From an uncultured Desulfobacterales bacterium (GTDB lineage Bacteria > Desulfobacterota > DSM-4660 > Desulfatiglandales > HGW-15), in the NCBI GenBank assembly GCA_964512335.1, contig CAZEIA010000003.1, positions 1 through 52,910 on the forward strand: a stretch of DNA of 52,910 nt, in the 5' to 3' direction. The notes under the pieces were generated by a model that did not search any database, was not told the DNA's origin, and saw only the letters and a list, made by a program, of their open reading frames with translations. The position numbers and the translations under genes were made by a program. Below, piece after piece: positions 36,562 to 46,392 of this stretch; within the stretch, counting starts at the first letter, position 1; every line of letters begins with the position of its first letter.

Positions 36562-37626
36562 ATGGACCTGACAATCGGAACAGAACTGCGAGACGAATAC
36601 ATGAACTGGGAGCTGGAAGCCGGCGCCAAAAAGCTGGTTGAAGAAATGATGCTTGTCAAGCCCGGCGAGACCGTAGCCGTCACCGGGGATACCAGCAGCG
36701 ACATGAGGGTGATCCAGGCCACTGCCAGGGCCGTCCTGTGCGCAGGAGCGATCCCGGTAGTCGTTATCCATCCCACCCAGAGCGAAGGGTATCAAGAGCC
36801 CCCCGCACCAGTAGCCGGGGCCATCGCCAGGTCCGACGTCTGGATCGAGTTTGCCGTGGGGATGATCTTCCTGTCCAACGCATACAAGGCCGCCCTCGAC
36901 AACGGCGCCCGGTATATCTGCCTGACCGGCATGGACGCCCCCATGATGATCAGCACCATCTATCGGGTCAAAATCAAAGAGCTGATCGATATGGGCAATA
37001 TCCTGCGGGACATGGCCCAGGCCGCCGACAAGGTCGAAATCTACAGCCCGGCCGGAACCGCCCTCGAGGCTTACAACCAGGGCCGAAAGGCACGGCAGTC
37101 CGGCAAACTGGCGGATACGCCCGGTGAACCGGTCATGCTGGGCGGGCAGGTCTCCTGGTGCCCCATGGAAGAAACCATCAACGGCAAGCTTGTGTTCGAC
37201 GGGGCACTCTATCCGCCGACAGACATGGGCAAGCTGGGGGCGCCGGTGGAACTGAGCCTGGAAAAAGGCGTGGTTACAAAGGTGGAAGGCGGCGCCGAGG
37301 CCAAACGCTTCGAGGCCTGGCTCGCCTCGTTCAAAGATCCCAACATGTACCGCCTGGCCCATTACTCCATGGGCTTCAACCCCGGGGTGACCAAGATCTC
37401 AGGACGCATTGTCGAAGACGAACGCGTCTTCGGCAGTATCGAGATGGGAATCGGCAGCCAGGGCGCCCAGATCATGGGAAAGACTTGGAAAGCGGCCGCC
37501 CATACGGACGGCATTGTCCTCAATCCGACCATTATCTTTGACGGCGAGACAATCGAAAAAGAAGGCCGGTACGTTCACCCGCGCCTGGTGGAGGCATGTC
37601 AAAGGCTGGGGGTAAGCGGTTATTGA
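36562..37626 (+). CDS. M29 aminopeptidase-fold protein (AmpS/PepS- or NicX-like)
   Basis: 354 aa. The VTKVEGGAEAKRFEAWLASFKDPNMYRLAHYSMGFNP segment resembles the conserved C-terminal region of the M29/NicX family. This assignment was made by eye only. Confidence 0.55.
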   Translation: MDLTIGTELRDEYMNWELEAGAKKLVEEMMLVKPGETVAVTGDTSSDMRVIQATARAVLCAGAIPVVVIHPTQSEGYQEPPAPVAGAIARSDVWIEFAVGMIFLSNAYKAALDNGARYICLTGMDAPMMISTIYRVKIKELIDMGNILRDMAQAADKVEIYSPAGTALEAYNQGRKARQSGKLADTPGEPVMLGGQVSWCPMEETINGKLVFDGALYPPTDMGKLGAPVELSLEKGVVTKVEGGAEAKRFEAWLASFKDPNMYRLAHYSMGFNPGVTKISGRIVEDERVFGSIEMGIGSQGAQIMGKTWKAAAHTDGIVLNPTIIFDGETIEKEGRYVHPRLVEACQRLGVSGY

Positions 37627-37748
37627 TCCCGGCCACTATTAGCTGAAGGCGAATTAAGGTTCATGCGAACCAGGGGTTCCTCTGCAGAAACAATAGGAAT
37701 CCACCAACGAACCATGAACGGACACCAAAGAAGAAGAGGAGGAAAGAT

Positions 37749-39344
37749 ATGCGGAAGGCAATAAAACTGGGAACATTGGCTCTGGTCATGGCAGTGGCCC
37801 TGGGATTGGGACCCGGCAAACCGGAGGTCCGGGCCGCAAAAACCTTAACGGTGGCGTTCACCGCCGATGCCCGGACTTTTGACCCCGGCAGCGCCACCAG
37901 GGACTACACGGGGTATGCGGCTGCGGGCGCCATGTATGACGCCCTGGTGCAGTATGAACGTATTCCCCAGCCGGACGGCACGGTCAAGGTGGACACGACA
38001 AAGATCGTTCCCATGCTGGCCGAAAAATGGGAATTCAACGAGGACATGTCGGAGTGGACCTTTCATCTTCGTAAAGATGCCAGATTCCATAACGGTGACC
38101 CTGTCAACGCTCAGGCGGTGAAATACACATTTTCGCGCTACCAGAAAATGAAACAGGCGGCCAACACGGTTTTGTGGCTGGCCAAGGTCACGGATGAAGG
38201 GATGACGGTGGTGGACGATTATACGATCCAGTTCAAGCTGACCGGCCCCAACCCGCTCTTTCTGGACTATCTGCAGATGCTCAATCTGATGATCCAGAAT
38301 CCCAAGCCCATTGAAGCCAACGGCGGAGTGGTCGAAGGCAAGATCAACGAGTGGGTTGCCAAGAACGATTGCGGCTCGGGGCCCTATGAACTGGTGTCCT
38401 ACAATCCAGGGGTGGAGATCGTTTTCAAGCGCTTTGAAGACTACTGGGGCCCCAAACCCAAGCCCGAGAAACTCGTTTTCAAGATCATCCCCGAGGAATC
38501 GACCCGGGCCATGCTGCTGGAGCGGGAAAAAATCGACATCATGTGGTGGATTCCCTCAAAGGACTATGAGAGCCTGTCCAAAAAGAAAAATCTTAAGGTT
38601 ATCGGCAGGCCCACCATCAAGATCAACTACATCGATATGAACCGAAACAACCCGCCCTTTGACAATCAGACGGTGCGCAAGGCACTGGCCTACTCGTTTC
38701 CTTATGATGCCGTTATCGATGAAGTCCTCTACGGCAGGGCCATCCAGATGACCAGCCCGGCTTCAGAGGGAAGTCCGGGGCACACCTCCGAATTTTTCAA
38801 ATACACGCATGACCTCGAGAAGGCTGAGGCCTTGTTGGCCGAAGCCGGTTACGGTGCGGACAACCCACTCTCCTTCACTTTCCAGTTGGGAGAGGGCCGT
38901 ATCGCCAACAACAAGGAAGTGGCGGTCACCTGGCAGGCCGCGCTGAAAAAGATCGGTGTGAACATGGAAATCAACGTCCTGCCTCAAGCCGTCCACCTGG
39001 ACAAGCTCAAGGCAAAGGAAGTGGACATCTTCATGGTCGCCTGGACGTCGTTCGTCACCGATCCATGGTACCAGTTCGGCTTCCTGTTGGGTTCCGACAG
39101 CTTCTGCAATTACGCCGAGATCAAAGACGAACAGCTGGACGAATGGATCCGCCAGGCTGCAGTCACGATAGAGAAAGAAGACCGCTATGATCTGGCATGG
39201 AAAGTTCAAAAATATGTCTCCGAAAATGATCTATGGATCTATATGTTCCAGCCGATTGCGGACACGGCAATGAACAAAAAGGTCATGGGGTTCTGTCTGA
39301 ACCCTGATGACCAGTTCCATGTCCGGACCGTCTACGTGGAGTAA
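37749..39344 (+). CDS. ABC transporter substrate-binding protein, family 5 (peptide/nickel type)
   Basis: 531 aa with a signal peptide. Its size and motifs (e.g. FHNGDPVNAQAVKYTF, IPSKDYESL) are typical of DppA/OppA-type binding proteins. Confidence 0.9.
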   Translation: MRKAIKLGTLALVMAVALGLGPGKPEVRAAKTLTVAFTADARTFDPGSATRDYTGYAAAGAMYDALVQYERIPQPDGTVKVDTTKIVPMLAEKWEFNEDMSEWTFHLRKDARFHNGDPVNAQAVKYTFSRYQKMKQAANTVLWLAKVTDEGMTVVDDYTIQFKLTGPNPLFLDYLQMLNLMIQNPKPIEANGGVVEGKINEWVAKNDCGSGPYELVSYNPGVEIVFKRFEDYWGPKPKPEKLVFKIIPEESTRAMLLEREKIDIMWWIPSKDYESLSKKKNLKVIGRPTIKINYIDMNRNNPPFDNQTVRKALAYSFPYDAVIDEVLYGRAIQMTSPASEGSPGHTSEFFKYTHDLEKAEALLAEAGYGADNPLSFTFQLGEGRIANNKEVAVTWQAALKKIGVNMEINVLPQAVHLDKLKAKEVDIFMVAWTSFVTDPWYQFGFLLGSDSFCNYAEIKDEQLDEWIRQAAVTIEKEDRYDLAWKVQKYVSENDLWIYMFQPIADTAMNKKVMGFCLNPDDQFHVRTVYVE

Positions 39345-39358
39345 CCGAAACCCTTGTG

Positions 39359-39387
39359 ACCGGGAAACCGCGGGCCGGTTTCCCGGT
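39359..39387 (+). promoter_or_regulatory. perfect 12-bp stem-loop directly after the peptide-binding-protein gene
   Basis: ACCGGGAAACCG-cgggc-CGGTTTCCCGGT starts 15 nt after the stop at 39344. It has no U-tract and is followed by about 190 nt before the permease start. Confidence 0.6.
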
Positions 39388-39577
39388 CAGGCCTGTCAGA
39401 TCCCTTAATTCTCCGAGAGCCTCCCTGAGCCATTGTACCTCCGGGAGCTGATGGAAAAGGAGCAAGCGCCGGGCCTCCAACACCGGGGAATCACCCCGGG
39501 GTGGGAAGCCTGCGCCTTAACGACGGCCTCCCCCTGCGACCACTCCAGAGGCCGCAGTGTCTTTATCGGATGGATCC

Positions 39578-40597
39578 ATGAACATCTGGCGATACATTAC
39601 CCGGCGTTTGTTATTCACCATTCCCACCGTGTTCGGCGCACTGGTGCTCATGTTTATCGTGACCCGGATCCTGCCGGGGGATCCAGTCATGATGCTCCTG
39701 GGCCCGGCTCATGCTTCACCGGAAAACATTGAATCCCTGCGCCAAATGATGGGGCTCGATCAGCCCCTCCCTGTTCAGTTTGTCAAATACGTCGGCCGGA
39801 TCCTGCACGGTGATCTGGGGTATTCGTGGCGGGCCGGGAGTCCTGTCCTTGACGAACTCCTGCGCCGCTTCCCGGCGACCTTCGAACTGACCACATTCGC
39901 CTTTCTGCTCATGATAGTCATCAGCATCCCCCTGGGCGTCATTTCAGGCTACTACCGCAACAAGGCCCCCGATAACGCCATCAGTATTTTTACCGTAGTC
40001 GGTGTCTCAATGCCGATTTTCTGGCTTGGGCTATTGCTTATATATGTTTTTTTCTATCTCCTGGATGTCATGCCCCCTCCCATGGGACGGCTTTCTCCAG
40101 AATATTCCTATCCCGAGCCGGTAACCGGACTCCTCCTGATCGACACCATTCTCGCAGGCGACTGGGAAGCCTTCAGGGGCGCCCTGCACCAGATGATCCT
40201 TCCCGGAATCACCCTCTCTTTTTACAACCTGGCCATCCTGGTGCGCACGCTCAAGGCCGATCTGATCGAGACCCTTGAGGAGGATTACATCAGAACCGCA
40301 CGGGCCATGGGCGTCGGCCTGAAAAAGGTCCTCTTCAAACACGCCCTTAGAAATGCTCTGCTGCCGACGATCACCATGATCGGCGCAGTCTATGGTTCCC
40401 TGCTGGGCGGCTCAGTCCTGACCGAGGTGGTCTTCTCCTGGCCCGGCGTAGGCAGTTATGCCGTGGAATCGATCCAGTATCTCGATTTCGCAGCCCTGCA
40501 GGGCTTCATCGTTTTTTATGTGCTGATCTTTGCCCTGATCAACCTCCTGGTCGACCTCTCCTATGGCCTGATCGATCCCAGGGTAAAGCTGAACTAG
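39578..40597 (+). CDS. peptide ABC transporter permease (DppB/OppB type)
   Basis: Starts MNIWRYITRRLLFTIPTVFG, the canonical N-terminus. It contains the EAA-type loop EDYIRTARAMG. Confidence 0.9.
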   Translation: MNIWRYITRRLLFTIPTVFGALVLMFIVTRILPGDPVMMLLGPAHASPENIESLRQMMGLDQPLPVQFVKYVGRILHGDLGYSWRAGSPVLDELLRRFPATFELTTFAFLLMIVISIPLGVISGYYRNKAPDNAISIFTVVGVSMPIFWLGLLLIYVFFYLLDVMPPPMGRLSPEYSYPEPVTGLLLIDTILAGDWEAFRGALHQMILPGITLSFYNLAILVRTLKADLIETLEEDYIRTARAMGVGLKKVLFKHALRNALLPTITMIGAVYGSLLGGSVLTEVVFSWPGVGSYAVESIQYLDFAALQGFIVFYVLIFALINLLVDLSYGLIDPRVKLN

Positions 40598-40609
40598 GGG
40601 AAGCGAGAC

Positions 40610-41479
40610 ATGTCAGACTCAAAACCGGTCGACACCAACTCCATTAAATACAAATTGAGCCTGTTCATGAAAAACAGGCTCGCCCTGATCGGGCTGGCCA
40701 TCCTGCTGGGGGTGTTTCTGCTGGTGATATGGGGCCCGGTTCTGGCGCCCCACGATCCGCTGGGGGTCGACTTCAAGACCAAGCTCCAGGGGCCGTCGTC
40801 ATCTCACCTCCTGGGAACGGACAATTACGGCCGGGACATCCTCAGCCGAATCTTCAGCGGGGCGCGTTTCACTCTCATGGCTGCAGTGGTGTCGGTTCTG
40901 GTCGGGCTGCTGGTGGGTGCGCCCCTGGGAATCGTTTCCGGCTATTTCGGCGGGCGGTTCGACATGGCCCTGATGCGGATGGTCGATGTTCTGCTGGCGT
41001 TTCCACCTCTCATTCTGGCCATGGCCGTTGTTTCCGGACTGGGACCGTCAATGTTAAACGCCGCCGTGGCCATCGGCGTCTCCTATATCCCTGTCTTTGC
41101 CCGCATGGCGCGCAGCAGGGCTATTCAGGTCAGGCGAATGGATTTTGTCCAGGCGGCCGACGCAATCGGATCGGGCCATTTTCGCATCATGCTGACCGAT
41201 ATACTGCCCAATTGCCTGACTCCCCTCATCGTTCAATCCACCGTTTACACCGGCTACGGTATCCTGTGGGTGGCCAGCCTGAGCTTTATCGGACTGGGGG
41301 CCAAACTGCCTACACCGGAATGGGGGCTTATGATCGCCGAAGGCCGGCAGTATATCGTCACCGGCCAATGGTGGATGACCGTTTTTCCCGGAATGTTCAT
41401 CATGCTGGGCGTCATCGGATTTACCTTGATCGGCGACGGGTTGCGAGAGGTCTTCAACCCCAAGCTGCGACTGAAATGA
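40610..41479 (+). CDS. peptide ABC transporter permease (DppC/OppC type)
   Basis: 289 aa with HLLGTDNYGRDILSR and the MDFVQAADAIG EAA-loop motif. Confidence 0.9.
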   Translation: MSDSKPVDTNSIKYKLSLFMKNRLALIGLAILLGVFLLVIWGPVLAPHDPLGVDFKTKLQGPSSSHLLGTDNYGRDILSRIFSGARFTLMAAVVSVLVGLLVGAPLGIVSGYFGGRFDMALMRMVDVLLAFPPLILAMAVVSGLGPSMLNAAVAIGVSYIPVFARMARSRAIQVRRMDFVQAADAIGSGHFRIMLTDILPNCLTPLIVQSTVYTGYGILWVASLSFIGLGAKLPTPEWGLMIAEGRQYIVTGQWWMTVFPGMFIMLGVIGFTLIGDGLREVFNPKLRLK

Positions 41480-41520
41480 TGGCGCGGCACGACTGAGCAT
41501 GGAAAGAGACACGTATATTC

Positions 41521-42507
41521 ATGGGAAAACATGATGACATACTCCTGGAGGTCCGTGACCTGCAGACCCAATTTCGCACCGATGAAGGTGTCGCCCAGGC
41601 GGTCAGCGGCGTAGACTTTGTCTTGAAGCGGGGCGAAACCCTTGGGCTGGTGGGCGAGTCCGGCTGCGGAAAAAGCGTGACCGCCCTGTCCATCATCCGT
41701 TTGATTCCGGATCCCCCCGGCCGCATCGTCGGCGGGCAGGTGATGTTCAACGGCCGGGACCTGCTCGGGCTGAGCGAATCCGAAATGCGGTCATTGAGGG
41801 GAGGTTCCATCTCCATGATCTTTCAGGAGCCGATGACTTCATTGAACCCGGTATTCAGGATCGGGGATCTGATGAGTGAGGTCATCCGTCTCCATCATGA
41901 CGTTACCCGGGCCGAAGCGAAAGATCGTTCTTCGGAAATGCTTCGCAGTGTAGGCATCTCCGATCCGGCCCGGCGGCTAAGGGATTACCCCCATGAAATC
42001 AGCGGCGGCATGCGTCAACGAGTGATGATCGCCATGGCCCTCTCCAGCCAGCCGGAAATGCTGATCGCCGACGAACCGACCACAGCCCTTGATGTCACCA
42101 TCCAGGCCCAGATCCTCGATCTGATAAACGTGCTCAAGGAAAAGATGGGGACCTCCAATCTGTTCATCACCCACGACCTGGGAGTAATCGCCAAAATGGC
42201 TCAGAAGGTGGCGGTCATGTACACCGGCAGGATTGTGGAAAACGCCGTGGTCGGAGAACTCTTCCGCCACCCTCTTCATCCGTATACCCAGGGGCTGATA
42301 GCGTCGATCCCGAATATGACCTGTCCAGTGCCGCCGGACAGGATGCTGAAAACGATCCCCGGAACCGTCCCCAGCCTTTTCAGGCTGTTGCATGGATGCT
42401 CCTTTCAGGACCGCTGCATCCGGGTCATGGACCGTTGCCGCCGGAAGGCCCCCGAACTTATTGATGCCGGGGCTGGCCATCTGGTGAGGTGTTGGCTGTA
42501 TGAATGA
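41521..42507 (+). CDS. peptide ABC transporter ATP-binding protein (DppD/OppD type)
   Basis: Walker [11 protein letters not shown], signature ISGGMRQR, Walker [10 protein letters not shown], and a C-terminal oligopeptide-type Cys-rich tail. Confidence 0.9.
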   Translation: MGKHDDILLEVRDLQTQFRTDEGVAQAVSGVDFVLKRGETLGLVGESGCGKSVTALSIIRLIPDPPGRIVGGQVMFNGRDLLGLSESEMRSLRGGSISMIFQEPMTSLNPVFRIGDLMSEVIRLHHDVTRAEAKDRSSEMLRSVGISDPARRLRDYPHEISGGMRQRVMIAMALSSQPEMLIADEPTTALDVTIQAQILDLINVLKEKMGTSNLFITHDLGVIAKMAQKVAVMYTGRIVENAVVGELFRHPLHPYTQGLIASIPNMTCPVPPDRMLKTIPGTVPSLFRLLHGCSFQDRCIRVMDRCRRKAPELIDAGAGHLVRCWLYE

Positions 42508-43474
42508 AACGGCATTGCTGTCCGTTACCGGACTCAAGAAATACTTTTCTGCGGGCGGCGGTTTCCTGGGCGGCCGGAAACTCCATATCAGGGCGGTGGA
42601 CGGGGTCGACCTGACCATATGGCCGGGCGAAACCTTCGGGCTGGTCGGCGAGTCCGGCTGCGGCAAGACGACCCTGGGGCGCTGTGTAGTGCGGCTGGAG
42701 GATCCCACCGACGGGAGGATTGTTTTTCAGGGGCGCGATATCACCGCACTGGATCGTCGGGCGATGAAACCGGTCCGGCGGGATTTGCAGATCGTATTTC
42801 AGGATCCCTACTCCTCGCTGAACCCGCGCAAGACCGTCGGGAGGATCATCACGGAGGCATTCCAGGTCCATGATCTGCTTTCCCCGTCCGGGCGTCTGGA
42901 CCGGCTCCAGGAACTGGCCGGTCTGGTCGGGCTTCGCCCGGAGCAGTTGAACCGTTACCCCCATGAATTCTCGGGCGGACAGCGCCAGCGCATCTGCGTG
43001 GCCAGGGCACTGGCTCTCAATCCCAAGCTGATCGTCGCCGATGAACCGGTCTCCGCACTGGATGTCTCCATCCAGGCCCAGATCATCAACCTCCTGGTAA
43101 AGCTGCAGGAGCAGTTCTCTTTGACCTATATCTTCATCAGCCATGACCTGTCCGTGATCAGGCATATCTGCTACCGGGTGGCGGTCATGTATTTGGGCCG
43201 CATTGTGGAGCTGGCCGATCGGGATCGGATCTTCGGCTGCCCGGGCCATCCCTACACCATCGCGCTGCTGTCGGCTATACCCGCCCCGGATCCGTTCAAA
43301 CAAACCCAACGGGCCCGTCTGGCCGGAGAAGTGCCCAGTCAGGTCAACCCGCCCGAGGGTTGCCACTTTCATCCCCGTTGCCCGAGACGGGGGAAACGAT
43401 GCAACACGGAACCGCCGCAGCTCAAGGAGTGGAAGCCGGGTCACTGGCTGGCCTGCCATTATCCTGAAGCATGA
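42500..43474 (+). CDS. peptide ABC transporter ATP-binding protein (DppF/OppF type)
   Basis: Walker [10 protein letters not shown], signature FSGGQRQR, Walker [10 protein letters not shown]. It overlaps the upstream ATPase gene by 8 nt. Confidence 0.9.
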   Translation: MNETALLSVTGLKKYFSAGGGFLGGRKLHIRAVDGVDLTIWPGETFGLVGESGCGKTTLGRCVVRLEDPTDGRIVFQGRDITALDRRAMKPVRRDLQIVFQDPYSSLNPRKTVGRIITEAFQVHDLLSPSGRLDRLQELAGLVGLRPEQLNRYPHEFSGGQRQRICVARALALNPKLIVADEPVSALDVSIQAQIINLLVKLQEQFSLTYIFISHDLSVIRHICYRVAVMYLGRIVELADRDRIFGCPGHPYTIALLSAIPAPDPFKQTQRARLAGEVPSQVNPPEGCHFHPRCPRRGKRCNTEPPQLKEWKPGHWLACHYPEA

Positions 43475-43639
43475 ACCTCGGCCGGGCCACGAGGAAAGCC
43501 CTTGGAAACAGCACGGTCCTTTCCTCTGGACAGGACCGCTTCCGTTGCGTTAAAGAGGAAAAAGGCTTGGCTGGACGAAAACCGGATGTTCCAATCTTGG
43601 TTTAAAAGGCATTGAACTTCATATTGTCGTGAGGATCCC

Positions 43640-44656
43640 ATGAACCTTGCCAAATTTCCCCGCCGGCGGTACACCGCCGGTTCGACTCCGATAGAATTCC
43701 TGCCCCGCTTCAGTGAAGCCCTGGGTGGGCCGGACATTTACATCAAAAGGGACGACCTCCTAGGCCTGACGTCGGGGGGCAACAAGACCCGCAAGCTCGA
43801 ATTCCTCGTCGCAGATGCGCTGGCCCAGGGGGCCGACACCTTGATTACCTGTGGTGCGGTGCAGTCCAACCACTGCCGGTTGACCCTGGCCGCAGCCGTA
43901 AAAGAGGGTCTCAAGTGCCGGTTGGTCTTGGAAGAGCGGGTTCCCGGCAGTTACAACAGCGAAGCTTCCGGAAACAACTTCCTTTTCAGGTTGCTGGGCG
44001 TGGAGGCTATCAGTGTTGTTCCGGGCGGCTCCGACATGACGGCCGCCATGCAGGGGGTGGCCGAGGACCTTGAAAAGCGAGGGCGCAAGGCATACGTCAT
44101 CCCCGGTGGTGGGTCCAACCCCATCGGTGCGAGCGGTTACGTGGCATGCGCCCAGGAGATCCAGGACCAGCTTTTTGAAGAGGGCCTGGCCATCGATCGG
44201 CTCTTGGTGGCTTCGGGCAGTGCAGGCACCCATGCCGGACTGGTCACCGGGTTTATCGGGTGCAATATGAACATCCCCATCGTGGGAGTTGGGGTCAGCC
44301 GCGACGCCGGGGACCAGGAACCGATCGTTTTTGACCTCGCGCGCCGGACCGCCGAACGACTGGGTGTCAATCAGGATATTCCGCGCGATGCCGTGGTTTC
44401 CGTGGGCGGCTACTGGCAGCCGAAATACTCGGTTCCCAACAAGAGGATGGTCGAGGCCGTCAATTTGATGGCCAAGACAGAAGGCATTCTCCTGGACCCT
44501 GTGTACACCGGAAAAGCCATGGCGGGCCTCATTGGTCTCAGCCGCGAGGGGTATTTCAAAAAGGGCGAGAATGTCCTCTTTGTTCACACCGGAGGTTCCC
44601 CGGGCCTGTATGCCTACATCAGACCCTTGCTCGGGCTTGAAGAGGTCGCGGATTGA
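43640..44656 (+). CDS. D-cysteine desulfhydrase / ACC deaminase family PLP enzyme
   Basis: TPIEFLPRFSEALGGPDIYIKRDDL...GGNKTRKLEF (PLP-lysine context) is typical of the DcyD/AcdS family. The two activities cannot be separated by eye. Confidence 0.8.
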   Translation: MNLAKFPRRRYTAGSTPIEFLPRFSEALGGPDIYIKRDDLLGLTSGGNKTRKLEFLVADALAQGADTLITCGAVQSNHCRLTLAAAVKEGLKCRLVLEERVPGSYNSEASGNNFLFRLLGVEAISVVPGGSDMTAAMQGVAEDLEKRGRKAYVIPGGGSNPIGASGYVACAQEIQDQLFEEGLAIDRLLVASGSAGTHAGLVTGFIGCNMNIPIVGVGVSRDAGDQEPIVFDLARRTAERLGVNQDIPRDAVVSVGGYWQPKYSVPNKRMVEAVNLMAKTEGILLDPVYTGKAMAGLIGLSREGYFKKGENVLFVHTGGSPGLYAYIRPLLGLEEVAD

Positions 44657-44722
44657 TCGAGTCGTTCGTTTCAGCTCCCGTTAAGTGAGCGTCGATGCAT
44701 TCTTCCACCGGAGGCCGCATCA

Positions 44723-45469
44723 ATGCAGGAAAAGATTGTCGGCATTATCGGCGGGATGGGGCCGGAGGCCACCGTTGACCTCATGACCCGGGTCATCAAG
44801 GCCACCCCGGCCCTGGATGACGGCGACCACATCCGCATGGTTGTAGACAACAACCCCAAGGTTCCATCCCGCATCAAGGCCCTCCTTGAAGGGAAAGGCG
44901 AAAGCCCGGTTCCCTGCCTTCAGGACATGGCCCGCCGGCTGACGGCCTGGGGGGTCGATTTTCTCGCAATGCCCTGCAACACAGCTCATTATTACCACCG
45001 GGATATCCAGAACGCCGTCACTATCCCCGTGCTGGACATGATCGATCTTGCCGTTCAGGCGGTCAAGAGCCGGAACCCCGACCTTGAGCGCGTGGGATTG
45101 CTCGCGTCAACCGCAGTGATCAGTCTTGGACTTTATGAGCGATCGTTTGCCGAAAACAATGTCGCCGTTGTGACACCCGTCGACGAGTTTCAATCGAACC
45201 TTATGCAGGCCATCAAAAAGATCAAAGCCGGTTCTTACCGCAATGAAGTCATGGAAAGGATTCAGGCGGCCGCGGACAATCTCCTCGAGCGAGGTTCTGA
45301 CGCCCTGCTGGTGGCGTGCACGGAGATTTCCATCGTCGCAGGACAAATCCGATCAACCGTTGAAATGTTCGATTCGGCACAGATCCTGGCCGAAGTCATC
45401 GTCAAGGAGGCACGCAACATGCGCGCCTGGACTCCAACAAGGACATTGACGACCGGCGGCAACGTTTAA
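44723..45469 (+). CDS. aspartate racemase family protein
   Basis: IGIIGGMGPEAT start and two catalytic Cys contexts (MPCNTAH, VACTEISIV). Confidence 0.85.
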   Translation: MQEKIVGIIGGMGPEATVDLMTRVIKATPALDDGDHIRMVVDNNPKVPSRIKALLEGKGESPVPCLQDMARRLTAWGVDFLAMPCNTAHYYHRDIQNAVTIPVLDMIDLAVQAVKSRNPDLERVGLLASTAVISLGLYERSFAENNVAVVTPVDEFQSNLMQAIKKIKAGSYRNEVMERIQAAADNLLERGSDALLVACTEISIVAGQIRSTVEMFDSAQILAEVIVKEARNMRAWTPTRTLTTGGNV

Positions 45470-45686
45470 CATATCATACCTTATGGCACAAACATGCAAG
45501 CTGGCTTGTGAATAGTGAAACCCCTATTTATGCGGTGCAAAAGCTATTAGGACGCCGGGATCTTCCCATGACGGCCCGATATTTTTATGCAAATGATGAA
45601 ACACTTAAGGCAGCATGTCTGCCTAAAGGAGAGGAATCGCTCCACTTCCAGGCTTAGGACAAACCTCCCCGCCGGGTCGTTTTTGC

Positions 45687-46165
45687 CTAGACCCCGGTTT
45701 TGCTTGATAAGTTTACAAAGTAAAGCCTGGCGTACCAAGCCCGCCATTGGCCTACGATAGGGGGCTCCTTGGGTATGCGAACCAGCCGGCGGAGCTCATC
45801 TCCGGCATGACGTCCGCAGGCTGCGATCTCCTGATGGATGTGGTAGGGCCCTTCATCAATGAACTCGGTCCCCCACACAGGCACTGAGTGGTGTAGACCT
45901 GCTCCCCATGGGACGTGGGCAAAAGCGTTTGCTTGTGTCCCGTGTGCCCTTTCTGGCCTCCGCGCTTTCGCTTCTTCTGTTTGCCACGGTCTTTGAAGGG
46001 ACAGTCAGAGGACTGAGGGCGGTCAAATTTTGAGGAGTTCCGGCCGATCAGGGCTTCCAGCTCTTCCACTCGCTTGGCAAGTTATGCGACAAGGGATCAC
46101 ACCGCAGGAGATCTGTGTTGCCAGTCCTCGTCTGTGACGCGGAGATGTTCCGGACGATCAGCCAT
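45687..46165 (-). mobile_element. degraded, 3'-truncated IS66-family transposase remnant
   Basis: The minus strand reads MADRPEHLRVTDEDWQHRSPAV-stop, then ...LAKRVEELEALIGRNSSKFDRPQSSD...KRKRGGQKGHTGHKQTLLP...C.CGG, then shifts frame to ...YHIHQEI.... The NSS..PxSSD and RGGQxGHxGH motifs are IS66 hallmarks. Only about 150 of roughly 500 codons remain. Confidence 0.65.
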
Positions 46166-46392
46166 GGAGCCGTTCCTGGAAGGACCGTTACCATAGCTGA
46201 AGCGTGGCCCCAGCATAAAATCAGGAAATCCGTGAAATTTTTTTACCCTGTAAATCGGTACGAATAAATCAGCCCTGTGGGTACCCGCATTTGCCATTAA
46301 TCATCTGCTGTAGTGCAAAAGATCTAAAGCTGAATGCCGAAGTATCCGATTGGTTTTATGTCGCCTGAAATTTTTATGACCGGAGATTTCAT

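Noticed and set aside
36490-37362. 290-aa minus-strand ORF antisense to the M29-fold gene
   Set aside because: A shadow ORF with a His/Gly/Asp/Pro-rich translation and no motif or SD.
40729-41496. 255-aa plus-strand ORF in an alternative frame of the DppC-type permease gene
   Set aside because: Its Arg/Gly/Pro-rich translation is not membrane-protein-like, while the 40610 frame has the permease EAA loop.
42458-43459. 333-aa minus-strand ORF antisense to the second ABC ATPase gene (also 41977-42708)
   Set aside because: The plus-strand frame carries complete Walker A, signature and Walker B motifs. The antisense translation is Gly/Arg/Pro/Asp-rich.
43760-44587. 275-aa minus-strand ORF antisense to the DcyD-family gene
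   Set aside because: Same reasoning: the plus-strand PLP-enzyme frame is well supported.
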